Virus record (IMG/VR): IMGVR_UViG_3300006204_000001
Source of the DNA: a virus
Taxonomy: Duplodnaviria > Heunggongvirae > Uroviricota > Caudoviricetes
Length of the DNA stretch: 26,421 nucleotides
Direction: 5' to 3' (one strand)
This document shows positions 18,669 through 26,421 of the stretch, one piece after another. The notes beneath the pieces were generated by a model, which was given only the letters and a program-made list of their open reading frames with translations, was not told where the DNA came from and did no database searches. Both the position numbers and the translations under genes were made by a program. Position 1 is the first letter of the stretch. Every line of letters begins with the position of its first letter.

Positions 18669-21600
18669 AATAATTAAAAAGGATGGTACATTAGAAGATT
18701 TTGATAACAATAAGATTATTAATGCAGTAACTAAATCAGCAGGTAGAATGATGATTCAATTATCAGATGATGATTTTAATAATATCATTAATAAAATTAT
18801 TTCTAAAATAGAAGATTTTGAAATGTCTGATATTAAAGTAGATGATATGCATTCATTTGTAGAAGCCACATTAGAGGAGTTTAATCCTATTATAGCAAAA
18901 TCTTATAGAGATTATAGAAATTATAAAAAAGATTTTGTACATATGATGGATAAAGTATATGAACGATCACAAGCTATACGATATATAGGTGATAGAGAAA
19001 ATGGTAATACAGATTCTGCATTAGTGGCAACAAAAAGATCATTAATTTATAATGAATTAAATAGAAGACTATATAAACAATTCTTCATGACTGTAGAAGA
19101 AAGACAAGCATGTAGAGATGGCTATATTTATATACATGACCAATGTTCACGACTTGACAGCCTAAACTGCTGTCTATTCCGTATGGATAATGTAATGAAA
19201 GATGGATTTGAGATGGGTAATGTTTGGTATAATGAACCTAAAACATTGGATACTGCATTTGATGTTATGGGTGACATTATATTATCAGCAGCATCGCAAC
19301 AATATGGTGGGTTTACAGTTCCAGAAGTAGATAAATTATTATCATATTACGCAGAGAAATCATATAATGTATATTATAATGAACACAAATCCAATTTAGA
19401 AGAATTTATTATGAACAACGATGTTCTTCATAATAAATGTGATGAATATGCAATGAAGAAAGTTAGACGGGAATATGAACAAGGATTTCAAGGTATTGAA
19501 ATGAAATTAAATACTGTAGGAAGTAGTAGAGGAGATTATCCTTTTATTACTATGACATTTGGATTAGCTACTGATAAATTTGGTAAGATGGCTTCAGAAG
19601 TATTTTTAGATGTTCATATGAAAGGTCAAGGAAAGAAAGGATTTAAACGCCCAGTATTATTTCCTAAATTGGTATTTTTATATGATAAAAATTTACATGG
19701 AGAAGGAAAAGAATTAGAAGATTTATTTAATAAAAGTATTGAATGTTCATCATCAACCATGTATCCAGATTATCTTTCATTAACTGGAGATGGATATGTT
19801 CCTTCTATGTATAAAAAGTATGGTAAAGTAATCAGTCCTATGGGATGTGTTCAAAAAGATGAACTTGTAACATATAAATTCAATGGAAATTTATATGTTG
19901 AGAGTATAGGAAGGATGTGGAATAGAATTAAGTGTGCATTTCCACAAAAAATACAAATTGAAGGACAACCTCATTTGTATATTGATGTAGATCCAAATTT
20001 AGTTCAAATATATGATAAAGAAAAAGGTTTTGTAAAAACTAAAAGAATGGTAAAAAATAGGAGTAATAATTGGGCTAGAGTTACATTATCAAATGGAAGA
20101 ATATTAGAATGCACATTAGATCATCCGTTACCTGTAATAGGAAAGGGTCGAACATTTGTATCAAATTTACAAATAGGTGATAAAATTCCATTGAATAAGA
20201 CTCAATATGTTGAAGAAACATATAATGGAACTAATATTGATTATGCATGGATGCTAGGAATAATATTATGTGATGGATGTTATGATGATCAACTAAATGT
20301 TACAATTAATTCTTATGGAGAAGATGAAATTGTTAATGCTTTAGCTCCAATTATGCAAAAATATTATAATCTTGAAATGATTATAAATGAGCAGAAAAGG
20401 GGTAAAAAAGGAAATTATTTAGAGTTGAAATTTCCTCATTCTAGTCATGTATGTAGAGATATGATTCATATATTTGAAGGATTACAAAAAGTGCATAGAC
20501 ACATACCTAATTTTATATTTAATTCAAGTAAAGAAGTTAGATTAGCATTTTTAGCTGGAATGATTGATGCAGATGGGTATATTAATGATAATAATCATGT
20601 ATCTACAATTCAGCTTGGATCTACTAATAAAGAATTAGCTTTACAACAAATGGCTCTTATGCAATCATTAGGGATTAGATCAAATATTTATTCTAATAAA
20701 TATAATAAAGTATTTCCGAACAAAATAAGGTATAAAGTTGAAGGAGAAGCTATAAGTGAATTAGTAAAGTATATAAAATGTAAAAAGAAAATTGAACATT
20801 TCAATGAGAATGTTCGTACTAATATTTCTAAATCTGATTTAGATGAAGGAGTGGTAACAAAGATAGAAATATTATATAACAGAATTGATTGGAGTTATGA
20901 CGTTACAACAGAATCCGATTATTTTGATATTTCTGGAATATATTCTCATAATTGTCGAGCATTTTTATCACCTTGGTATGAAAAAGGTGGCATAGAACAA
21001 GAGAATGAAGATGACCAACCAGTATTTCTCGGTAGATTTAATATAGGAGCTGTATCATTACATCTTCCTATGATATATATGAAATCTAAAAAGGAGAATA
21101 AGGATTTTTATGAAATATTAGATTATTATCTTGAAATGATTAGACAGCTGCATATTCGTACATATGCATATCTTGGAGAAATGAGAGCATCTACTAATCC
21201 ATTAGGATTTTGTGAAGGTGGATTCTTAGGTGGCAATCTTAAACCTAATGACAAGATTAAACCTTTATTAAAGGCTATGACAGCTTCTTTTGGTATTACT
21301 GCATTTAATGAATTGCAAGAACTTTATAATGGAAAATCTATTAGAGAAGATGGGATGTTTGCATTAGATGTATTAAAATATATAAATAATAAAGTTAATG
21401 AGTTTAAAAAAGAAGACAATAATCTATATGCAATTTATGGTACTCCTGGAGAAAACCTTTGTAGTTTACAAGTTAAACAATTTAGACAAATATATGGCAT
21501 AATAGAAAATGTTTCTGATAGACCGTATGTGAGTAATTCATTTCATTGTCATGTAACTGAGGATGTTACTCCTATAGAAAAACAGAATATTGAAAATAAA

Positions 21601-21912
21601 TATTGGAATTATTGTAATGGAGGAAAAATACAATATGTAAAATATCCAATTGATTATAATATAAAAGCAATAAAAACATTGGTAAAGAGAGCAATGGAAA
21701 TGGGTTATTATGAAGGTGTGAATCTATCACTTGCATATTGTGAAGAATGTGGACATACAGAATTGGAAATGGATGTATGTCCAAAATGTGGAACAAGAAA
21801 TATATGTAAAGTAGATAGAATGAATGGATATTTAGCATATAGCAGGGTACATGGGAGTAGCAGACTTAGTGATGGTAAAATGGCTGAAATAGCTGATAGA
21901 GTAAGTATGTAA
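18661..21912 (+). CDS. nrdD: Class III ribonucleotide reductase with ATP cone, intein-containing
   Basis: ATP cone, YIHD, FPKLVF, SPMG|C...HN|CRAFLS, YGTPGE, SNSFHCHV, CEECG..CPKCG and RMNGYL. Confidence 0.97.
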   Translation: MYRIIKKDGTLEDFDNNKIINAVTKSAGRMMIQLSDDDFNNIINKIISKIEDFEMSDIKVDDMHSFVEATLEEFNPIIAKSYRDYRNYKKDFVHMMDKVYERSQAIRYIGDRENGNTDSALVATKRSLIYNELNRRLYKQFFMTVEERQACRDGYIYIHDQCSRLDSLNCCLFRMDNVMKDGFEMGNVWYNEPKTLDTAFDVMGDIILSAASQQYGGFTVPEVDKLLSYYAEKSYNVYYNEHKSNLEEFIMNNDVLHNKCDEYAMKKVRREYEQGFQGIEMKLNTVGSSRGDYPFITMTFGLATDKFGKMASEVFLDVHMKGQGKKGFKRPVLFPKLVFLYDKNLHGEGKELEDLFNKSIECSSSTMYPDYLSLTGDGYVPSMYKKYGKVISPMGCVQKDELVTYKFNGNLYVESIGRMWNRIKCAFPQKIQIEGQPHLYIDVDPNLVQIYDKEKGFVKTKRMVKNRSNNWARVTLSNGRILECTLDHPLPVIGKGRTFVSNLQIGDKIPLNKTQYVEETYNGTNIDYAWMLGIILCDGCYDDQLNVTINSYGEDEIVNALAPIMQKYYNLEMIINEQKRGKKGNYLELKFPHSSHVCRDMIHIFEGLQKVHRHIPNFIFNSSKEVRLAFLAGMIDADGYINDNNHVSTIQLGSTNKELALQQMALMQSLGIRSNIYSNKYNKVFPNKIRYKVEGEAISELVKYIKCKKKIEHFNENVRTNISKSDLDEGVVTKIEILYNRIDWSYDVTTESDYFDISGIYSHNCRAFLSPWYEKGGIEQENEDDQPVFLGRFNIGAVSLHLPMIYMKSKKENKDFYEILDYYLEMIRQLHIRTYAYLGEMRASTNPLGFCEGGFLGGNLKPNDKIKPLLKAMTASFGITAFNELQELYNGKSIREDGMFALDVLKYINNKVNEFKKEDNNLYAIYGTPGENLCSLQVKQFRQIYGIIENVSDRPYVSNSFHCHVTEDVTPIEKQNIENKYWNYCNGGKIQYVKYPIDYNIKAIKTLVKRAMEMGYYEGVNLSLAYCEECGHTELEMDVCPKCGTRNICKVDRMNGYLAYSRVHGSSRLSDGKMAEIADRVSM
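19846..20952 (+). mobile_element. 369-aa intein with LAGLIDADG homing endonuclease
   Basis: Starts at Cys after SPMG; CTLDHP block B; WMLGIILCDG and FLAGMIDADG; ends YDVTT..SHN followed by Cys. Confidence 0.95.
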
Positions 21913-21916
21913 TTAG

Positions 21917-21960
21917 AATAATATTGGAGTGTATAATACACTCCAATATTATTTATTTTA
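21917..21960 (+). terminator. Intrinsic terminator
   Basis: 17-bp stem AATAATATTGGAGTGTA/TACACTCCAATATTATT. Confidence 0.85.
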
Positions 21961-22063
21961 TAATTATAGACAACAATGATCTTGTAACATGGATCCTTTA
22001 TCTTTTATTTACATAGAGAAGACCCTACAGAAGCCCATGGTGTAAAACATTTAAAATGAAAAT

Positions 22064-22137
22064 GGGAAAAACTCGCCAACTACTATTATATTTGAGAAAA
22101 ATTTATATAATATAAAAGCTAATGGCGAGATTTTCCC
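22064..22137. repeat. 15-bp inverted repeat (1 mismatch) around a 44-nt AT-rich loop
   Basis: GGGAAAAACTCGCCA at 22064..22078 and TGGCGAGATTTTCCC at 22123..22137. Confidence 0.8.
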
Positions 22138-22211
22138 TAAATATTATATTATAAATTTCAATGATAATATTGGATACACCAATGATGATCTGTATAGTTA
22201 TATACTATAAT

Positions 22212-22219
22212 TATATATT
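22212..22219 (+). promoter_or_regulatory. TATATATT candidate early promoter
   Basis: Recurrent motif. Confidence 0.45.
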
Positions 22220-22293
22220 ATATTTATATATGAAAAGGAGGCATATATAAATATAGTATATAAAAATTTTAATTAACGAGAAGGAGAAATAGT

Positions 22294-22767
22294 ATGAAAA
22301 TGAAAAGTGGCATAACTTTTAAAGATTTAAAAGATGCAATAAATTTATTACGAGAACTTAATATATCAGATTACTCATTCGAGGATGATGAATATAGTTT
22401 ACAAATTGATATTTCATTTAATAATTTAGATATGATTCGTATAAGTAATCTTAAAGGTGATAAAAAAATTAATATGTTTTTTTATTATTTAGAGAGGAAT
22501 CCTAATATTAAAGAAATCGAATATGATATGATGATTTTATATGAAATCATCTATAATAAATATGGAGTAGTATCAAATGATGATATGATAAAAGGGTCTA
22601 CGTGTTTTTATACACATCAAGACAATCTAATATGTAATAATCATTTCTTATATTTAACTTTTGAAGGATTTAACTTAGATCCAAGACCTTTAATAATTAA
22701 TTCCATAGTGAATATTTATAAAAATTCCAATGAAAACATAAAACTCTCAGATGAAGATTTTTGCTAA
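22294..22767 (+). CDS. Hypothetical protein, 157 aa
   Basis: GAAGGAG RBS. Confidence 0.78.
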   Translation: MKMKSGITFKDLKDAINLLRELNISDYSFEDDEYSLQIDISFNNLDMIRISNLKGDKKINMFFYYLERNPNIKEIEYDMMILYEIIYNKYGVVSNDDMIKGSTCFYTHQDNLICNNHFLYLTFEGFNLDPRPLIINSIVNIYKNSNENIKLSDEDFC

Positions 22768-22857
22768 GAAATTTTTAATTGAAGCAAAAAATAAAGGATT
22801 GAAAGTCTCAATAAATATTAATGGCACAATTTATGAATAAAGAAAGGAAATAATGAA

Positions 22858-23313
22858 ATGATTAAGATTGATATTAAGTATTTTTCAAACGATATTGACA
22901 AAATAACAAAAATTGAAAAAGGTAATTGGATTGATTTGAGAGCAGCAGAAACAATTGAATTGAAACAAGGTGATCATAAATTAATACCATTGGGTATTGG
23001 AATGATATTACCAGTAGGATTTGAAGCTCATATAGTACCTCGTAGTTCAACATTTAAAAGATATGGAATTATACAGACTAATCATATAGGTGTTATTGAT
23101 GGTCCTGATAGAGAAACTGGCATAGGTGGTTATTGCGGTAATAATGATCAATGGTTTATGTCTGTATATGCTACCAGAGATACTGTTATCAATAAAAATG
23201 ACAGAATATGCCAATTTAGAATAATAGAACAACAACCTACAATAGAATTTATTGAAGTGGATAATCTTGGAGATGTAAATAGAGGTGGATTTGGTACTAC
23301 TGGTGTAAATTAA
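22858..23313 (+). CDS. dut: Trimeric dUTPase with motif III insertion
   Basis: WIDL, PRSS, GVID...Y.G, RICQF and RGGFGTTG. Confidence 0.92.
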   Translation: MIKIDIKYFSNDIDKITKIEKGNWIDLRAAETIELKQGDHKLIPLGIGMILPVGFEAHIVPRSSTFKRYGIIQTNHIGVIDGPDRETGIGGYCGNNDQWFMSVYATRDTVINKNDRICQFRIIEQQPTIEFIEVDNLGDVNRGGFGTTGVN

Positions 23314-23330
23314 TAATATTAATAATAGAT

Positions 23331-23365
23331 TGGGGTTCATGTTGATAGAGGAACCTCCCCCCCCC
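23331..23365 (+). terminator. Atypical hairpin running into a C9 tract
   Basis: GGGGTTC/GAACCTC stem with a 12-nt loop; C9 at 23357..23365. Confidence 0.4.
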
Positions 23366-23388
23366 ATCGTATATTTCTCTTATTATAT

Positions 23389-23396
23389 TATATATT
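23389..23396 (+). promoter_or_regulatory. TATATATT candidate early promoter
   Basis: Followed by CTAAAAGTGAT, echoing the site at 9418. Confidence 0.5.
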
Positions 23397-23445
23397 CTAA
23401 AAGTGATACATAGTTTAGAATATTAAAAATAGGAGGATAAAAACT

Positions 23446-23802
23446 ATGAATGCAATTACAGAGGTAAGTTTCAAAGTATCGGAAAACTGTGAATTGGAAG
23501 ATGTTGTAGGAATTATTTCTATAAGAGATAATATTAGATCAAGAAGGATTGGAGCTAATCTTTCCACATCTTTCGAAATCATGCCTAAATCATTACACAA
23601 TGATATTGCAGAATCATTAGACAATAATTTTGCAGGTGGGTGTACATTTAAGCTGAAATGTATTGAAACTGGTAAGATTATTGATAGTGATGATTGTGTA
23701 GCTAATATCACATTACGATCAGGTGATAAAGTTCAGATTCAAGTAGCATGGAATGAAGTGGATGGTATTGCTACCGATTGGTTGAATGTGAGTATTTTCT
23801 AA
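23446..23802 (+). CDS. Hypothetical protein, 118 aa
   Basis: AGGAGG RBS. Confidence 0.8.
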   Translation: MNAITEVSFKVSENCELEDVVGIISIRDNIRSRRIGANLSTSFEIMPKSLHNDIAESLDNNFAGGCTFKLKCIETGKIIDSDDCVANITLRSGDKVQIQVAWNEVDGIATDWLNVSIF

Positions 23803-23816
23803 GAAGGAATAAAGAA

Positions 23817-23948
23817 ATGAAAAGAGAAGATTATGTACCATCAAAGGAACTTCAGGATATCATTAAAAGATCGTTAGAGGATGAGATTATGTTTAGACAA
23901 AATATCCAAACATTTAATAATTATATCGAATGTCTAATGAATCAGTAA
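23817..23948 (+). CDS. 43-aa protein missing from the ORF track (MKREDYVPSKELQDIIKRSLEDEIMFRQNIQTFNNYIECLMNQ)
   Basis: GAAGGA RBS right after the upstream stop; a terminator follows. Confidence 0.65.
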   Translation: MKREDYVPSKELQDIIKRSLEDEIMFRQNIQTFNNYIECLMNQ

Positions 23949-23969
23949 AATTACAACTAAATATTGAGA

Positions 23970-23999
23970 AAGGGTGATTATAATCACCCTTATTTTTTT
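23970..23999. terminator. Terminator between convergent genes
   Basis: Perfect 22-bp palindrome AAGGGTGATTATAATCACCCTT followed by a T-tract. Confidence 0.85.
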
Positions 24000-24046
24000 A
24001 TAATATTATCTATTATAAAATAAAATATTGAAGAAAACGTTAAAAA

Positions 24047-24706
24047 TTAATAATTTCCTTTAAAATGTTCAATATAATCATTTACATCATAAATAACTTC
24101 TATACTAGTTTTATATTTATTTAAAAATTTTACATGAATATTTATTATGCTATGATTTGTATGAATTAATTGAGTATGATAATCATATAAATTCCCTTCT
24201 CTACATATATCTATATTTATAAAAGCAAATTCTGTATTGAAAGTTACAGTACTTTCAAGATTTATTCCATTTGTTTTTGTTAATATTGGTTTTATAGGAT
24301 GAATACTATCAGTACTACTTGGATAATTTATAAAATTAGTATTTATAGTTTCAATAATTTCATAATTAAAATTTCTAAATTCAATATTATACATTAAATA
24401 GTCATCATAAAATTCATCAACACTATAAAAGAATTTAAATAATACAGATTTTATATTATGATTATTTATATTAACTGATAAATATTTATCGTCGTGATTA
24501 TGAGATGATGCTGCATAACTATGAGTATGATTAGTTTTACTATATACACTATCATGATTATGTGTAGTTAATGAATAATTACTATGAGTATGATTAGTTT
24601 TACTATATGCATTATCATGGTTATGATTAATATTAGCTTTATTTTTTAATTCATTTTTTACTAATCTTATTAATTCTTTTATACCATTATCCTTTAATTG
24701 TTTCAT
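24047..24706 (-). CDS. HxH-repeat, tail-fibre-like protein, copy B (219 aa)
   Basis: GAGGT RBS; first 63 aa nearly identical to copy A, C-terminus unrelated. Confidence 0.65.
   Translation of the reverse strand: MKQLKDNGIKELIRLVKNELKNKANINHNHDNAYSKTNHTHSNYSLTTHNHDSVYSKTNHTHSYAASSHNHDDKYLSVNINNHNIKSVLFKFFYSVDEFYDDYLMYNIEFRNFNYEIIETINTNFINYPSSTDSIHPIKPILTKTNGINLESTVTFNTEFAFINIDICREGNLYDYHTQLIHTNHSIINIHVKFLNKYKTSIEVIYDVNDYIEHFKGNY
24518..24706. repeat. 189-bp dispersed direct repeat, copy 2
   Basis: See 3695..3883. Confidence 0.92.
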
Positions 24707-24736
24707 ATATTTATTACCTCTTTTCTATGTATTTAT

Positions 24737-24768
24737 CTATACTAATTTTATAAATAAAATTAGTATAG
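24737..24768. promoter_or_regulatory. Perfect 15-bp inverted repeat upstream of HxH copy B
   Basis: CTATACTAATTTTAT-AA-ATAAAATTAGTATAG; function unknown. Confidence 0.6.
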
Positions 24769-24813
24769 CTTAAAGGTTATAATAAATATATAAATACAAT
24801 GAAATAAATTAAT

Positions 24814-24848
24814 TAAAGATCTCCTATTATAGGAGATCTTTATTTTTT
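24814..24848 (+). terminator. Intrinsic terminator between divergent genes
   Basis: TAAAGATCTCCTAT/ATAGGAGATCTTTA stem followed by a T-tract. Confidence 0.8.
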
Positions 24849-24851
24849 ACT

Positions 24852-24859
24852 TATATATT
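24852..24859 (+). promoter_or_regulatory. TATATATT candidate early promoter
   Basis: Recurrent motif after a terminator, upstream of the RNAP gene. Confidence 0.5.
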
Positions 24860-24919
24860 TTAATATTATCTAAATAACAAATTATTTAGTTATCATTAAA
24901 TTTTAAGGAGGAATAAAAT

Positions 24920-25105
24920 ATGAAGGTGCGTTTTTTAAACAGGGATATTGAAGTTACTAAAAGTAGGATTAATATTTGTAATTTTAAAGGTGAAAAAATT
25001 CTGATAGGAAGGAGTTTTAACAAAAAAGAAATGAATATTAAAAGTTATAAAATTTTAATATTAATGATATTTATGCCATATGATTATTTAAATAAAAGAT
25101 TATAA
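24920..25105 (+). CDS. Hypothetical protein, 61 aa
   Basis: AAGGAGG RBS; short, no motif. Confidence 0.55.
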   Translation: MKVRFLNRDIEVTKSRINICNFKGEKILIGRSFNKKEMNIKSYKILILMIFMPYDYLNKRL

Positions 25106-25121
25106 AAGGAGGATCATAATT

Positions 25122-26270
25122 TTGAGAGAAAAATTTAATTTAATACAGGAGCTTCGTGGAAAAAATGAAGAACTTGTAGGAACTAATCGATTAGCTTTAG
25201 TTGGTCAAGGTGATTTCGTAGGTGCCAATAATGTAACACGTGGTGCTATGAATATTAAACATAAGACTCAACATTTAGCAATTGATAATCCAGAATTCCC
25301 ATTCTTTTATGATGGTAAAGAAAATGTAATGGGTGAAAATTCATCTTTCTATTTCAAGACTGATAAAAATTATGAGGTCGTAGATATAGTAAAGAAATAT
25401 AATGAATTTTTAAAAGGTAGAACAAAAATAGCATTATATTTTCTATATTGTAGAGATGATGATTCATATAAGTTGGTAGAACGCCAAGAATGTGAGAACC
25501 TAACAGAGAATTTTGGATTTGATTATGTAAATGATACATTGGATAGTTTAGAAGTAGGAGATAAAATACCAAAAAATACATTATTGAAAAGATCTACATC
25601 ATATGATGAAAATGGTAATGTTGGTGTTGGATTAAATGGTAGAATATTAAATGCAATACATCCTGCAGTACAAGATGATGCCATTATAGTATCTGAATCA
25701 TTTGCTAAACGTGCTGTCATTAATAATATTATTACAGTTACTATTCCCATTAATAATGATACCATGTTGTTAAATTTACATGGTAAAGATGGAAAATATA
25801 TAGGATTACCAGATATAGGTATGAAAGTAACAGAAGGTGTAATAGCAGCTACACGTCCTATAAAAGAAACACGCATGTTTTCAGATTTGCGTGATGCATC
25901 ATTAAATACATATAATATTCATACAGATCAAGTGTATTATGCAGATGGTGAAATTATTGATATTAATGTATATTGCAATAATCCAAATCAAAAAATAAAT
26001 AAGGTTAATAGACAATTAATGCAATATTATTATGATTGTCGGTGGTTTTTTACTGAAGTCTATAAAGTATGTAAAAGAATATTAAAGACAGGAGCATCTA
26101 AAATAGATAAAGAAATTAATAATTGGATGAGAATGGCTATTGATTATTTGGATACAAATGCAATATGGGATTTCGGTAATGATAATAATTCAAATATGAT
26201 GGTAGAATTATTAGTAAGACGTAAAGAGCCCATTAAAGTAGGCAGAAAAATAGTTGGTAGAGCGGGGACG
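25122..26270 (+). CDS. Exon 1 of split multisubunit RNA polymerase beta C-terminal subunit (likely non-virion RNAP)
   Basis: NNVTRGAMNIKHKTQ resembles beta NR..M......Q; QDDAIIVSESFA resembles EDA.I.SE; VGRKIVGR(AG) resembles GDK..GRHGNK. The frame ends where the NKG continuation is expected. Exon end is approximate. Confidence 0.82.
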
Positions 26271-26421
26271 TATATAATCATTTTATAAATTAAACATGGT
26301 TTAGCCTCGGGTAAACTATATTAATTGCGGGAAAGACTTGTATAAGTCATTATTACTAAACTATTTATAGAAATATAGTAGTGGTCTAGAGTAATTAACT
26401 AGAGTATAGTAAAAAGATAAT
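26259..26421 (+). mobile_element. 5' part of a group I intron, continuing beyond the window
   Basis: Conserved P element AATTGCGGGAAA at 26323..26334; GACTT/AAGTC hairpin; ATTATTACT pairs with AGTA..ATAAT. The 5' splice site is unresolved within about 26258-26271. Confidence 0.8.

Noticed and set aside
21954-22293. tRNA gene
   Set aside because: No cloverleaf or T-loop/D-loop consensus recognised by eye
24518-24706. DGR template/variable repeat pair
   Set aside because: The 7 mismatches are not confined to adenines of either copy, the repeat is N-terminal, and no RT is in the window
3101-24706. Invertible shufflon
   Set aside because: The repeats are in direct orientation and no recombinase is seen; simple excision would delete the protease and nrd genes
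21572-25876. Antisense ORFs 21572..21838, 21708..21941, 23047..23367, 23415..23711, 25354..25581 and 25523..25876
   Set aside because: Shadow ORFs of nrdD, dut, the 118-aa gene and RNAP; MGGGG in 23047..23367 is just the C9 tract
26260-26270. Group II intron start (GAGCG resembling GUGYG)
   Set aside because: The downstream AATTGCGGGAAA and stems fit a group I core better; not fully excluded without the 3' end
26271-26288. YIIIL-stop as the true RNAP C-terminus
   Set aside because: It would truncate the essential GR.GNKG motif and is better explained as intron sequence
1-26421. Stop-codon reassignment
   Set aside because: Conserved genes read intact in code 11, and TAA, TAG and TGA all end genes next to terminators or RBSs

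Overview
A very AT-rich segment of a jumbo phage of the phiKZ/AR9-like type, probably infecting an anaerobic low-GC Firmicute. The host inference rests on strong AGGAG/GGAGG RBSs, a class III RNR and YqeG/YwqG-like domains. In order it contains: a 5'-truncated kinase-like/Zn-ribbon/acidic protein; a head-morphogenesis block (two probable head proteins, a YqeG-HAD::YwqG fusion, a T4 gp21-like prohead protease); two tandem divergent paralogs; a Zn-finger PD-(D/E)xK nuclease coupled to an XkdX-like peptide; an 851-aa probable virion protein; RNase HI; nrdG and nrdD, the latter with a LAGLIDADG intein at the catalytic Cys; a dUTPase with a motif III insertion; and the first exon of a split RNA polymerase beta C-terminal subunit that runs into a group I intron. 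The best novelty candidates are two. (i) The YqeG::YwqG fusion in the head operon carries protease-like sites and may be joined to the upstream head protein by a +1 frameshift. (ii) Two insulated antisense cassettes 20.8 kb apart share a 96%-identical HxH-repeat N-terminus and an upstream perfect hairpin but have unrelated C-termini. All family assignments come from motif recognition by eye; no searches were run.
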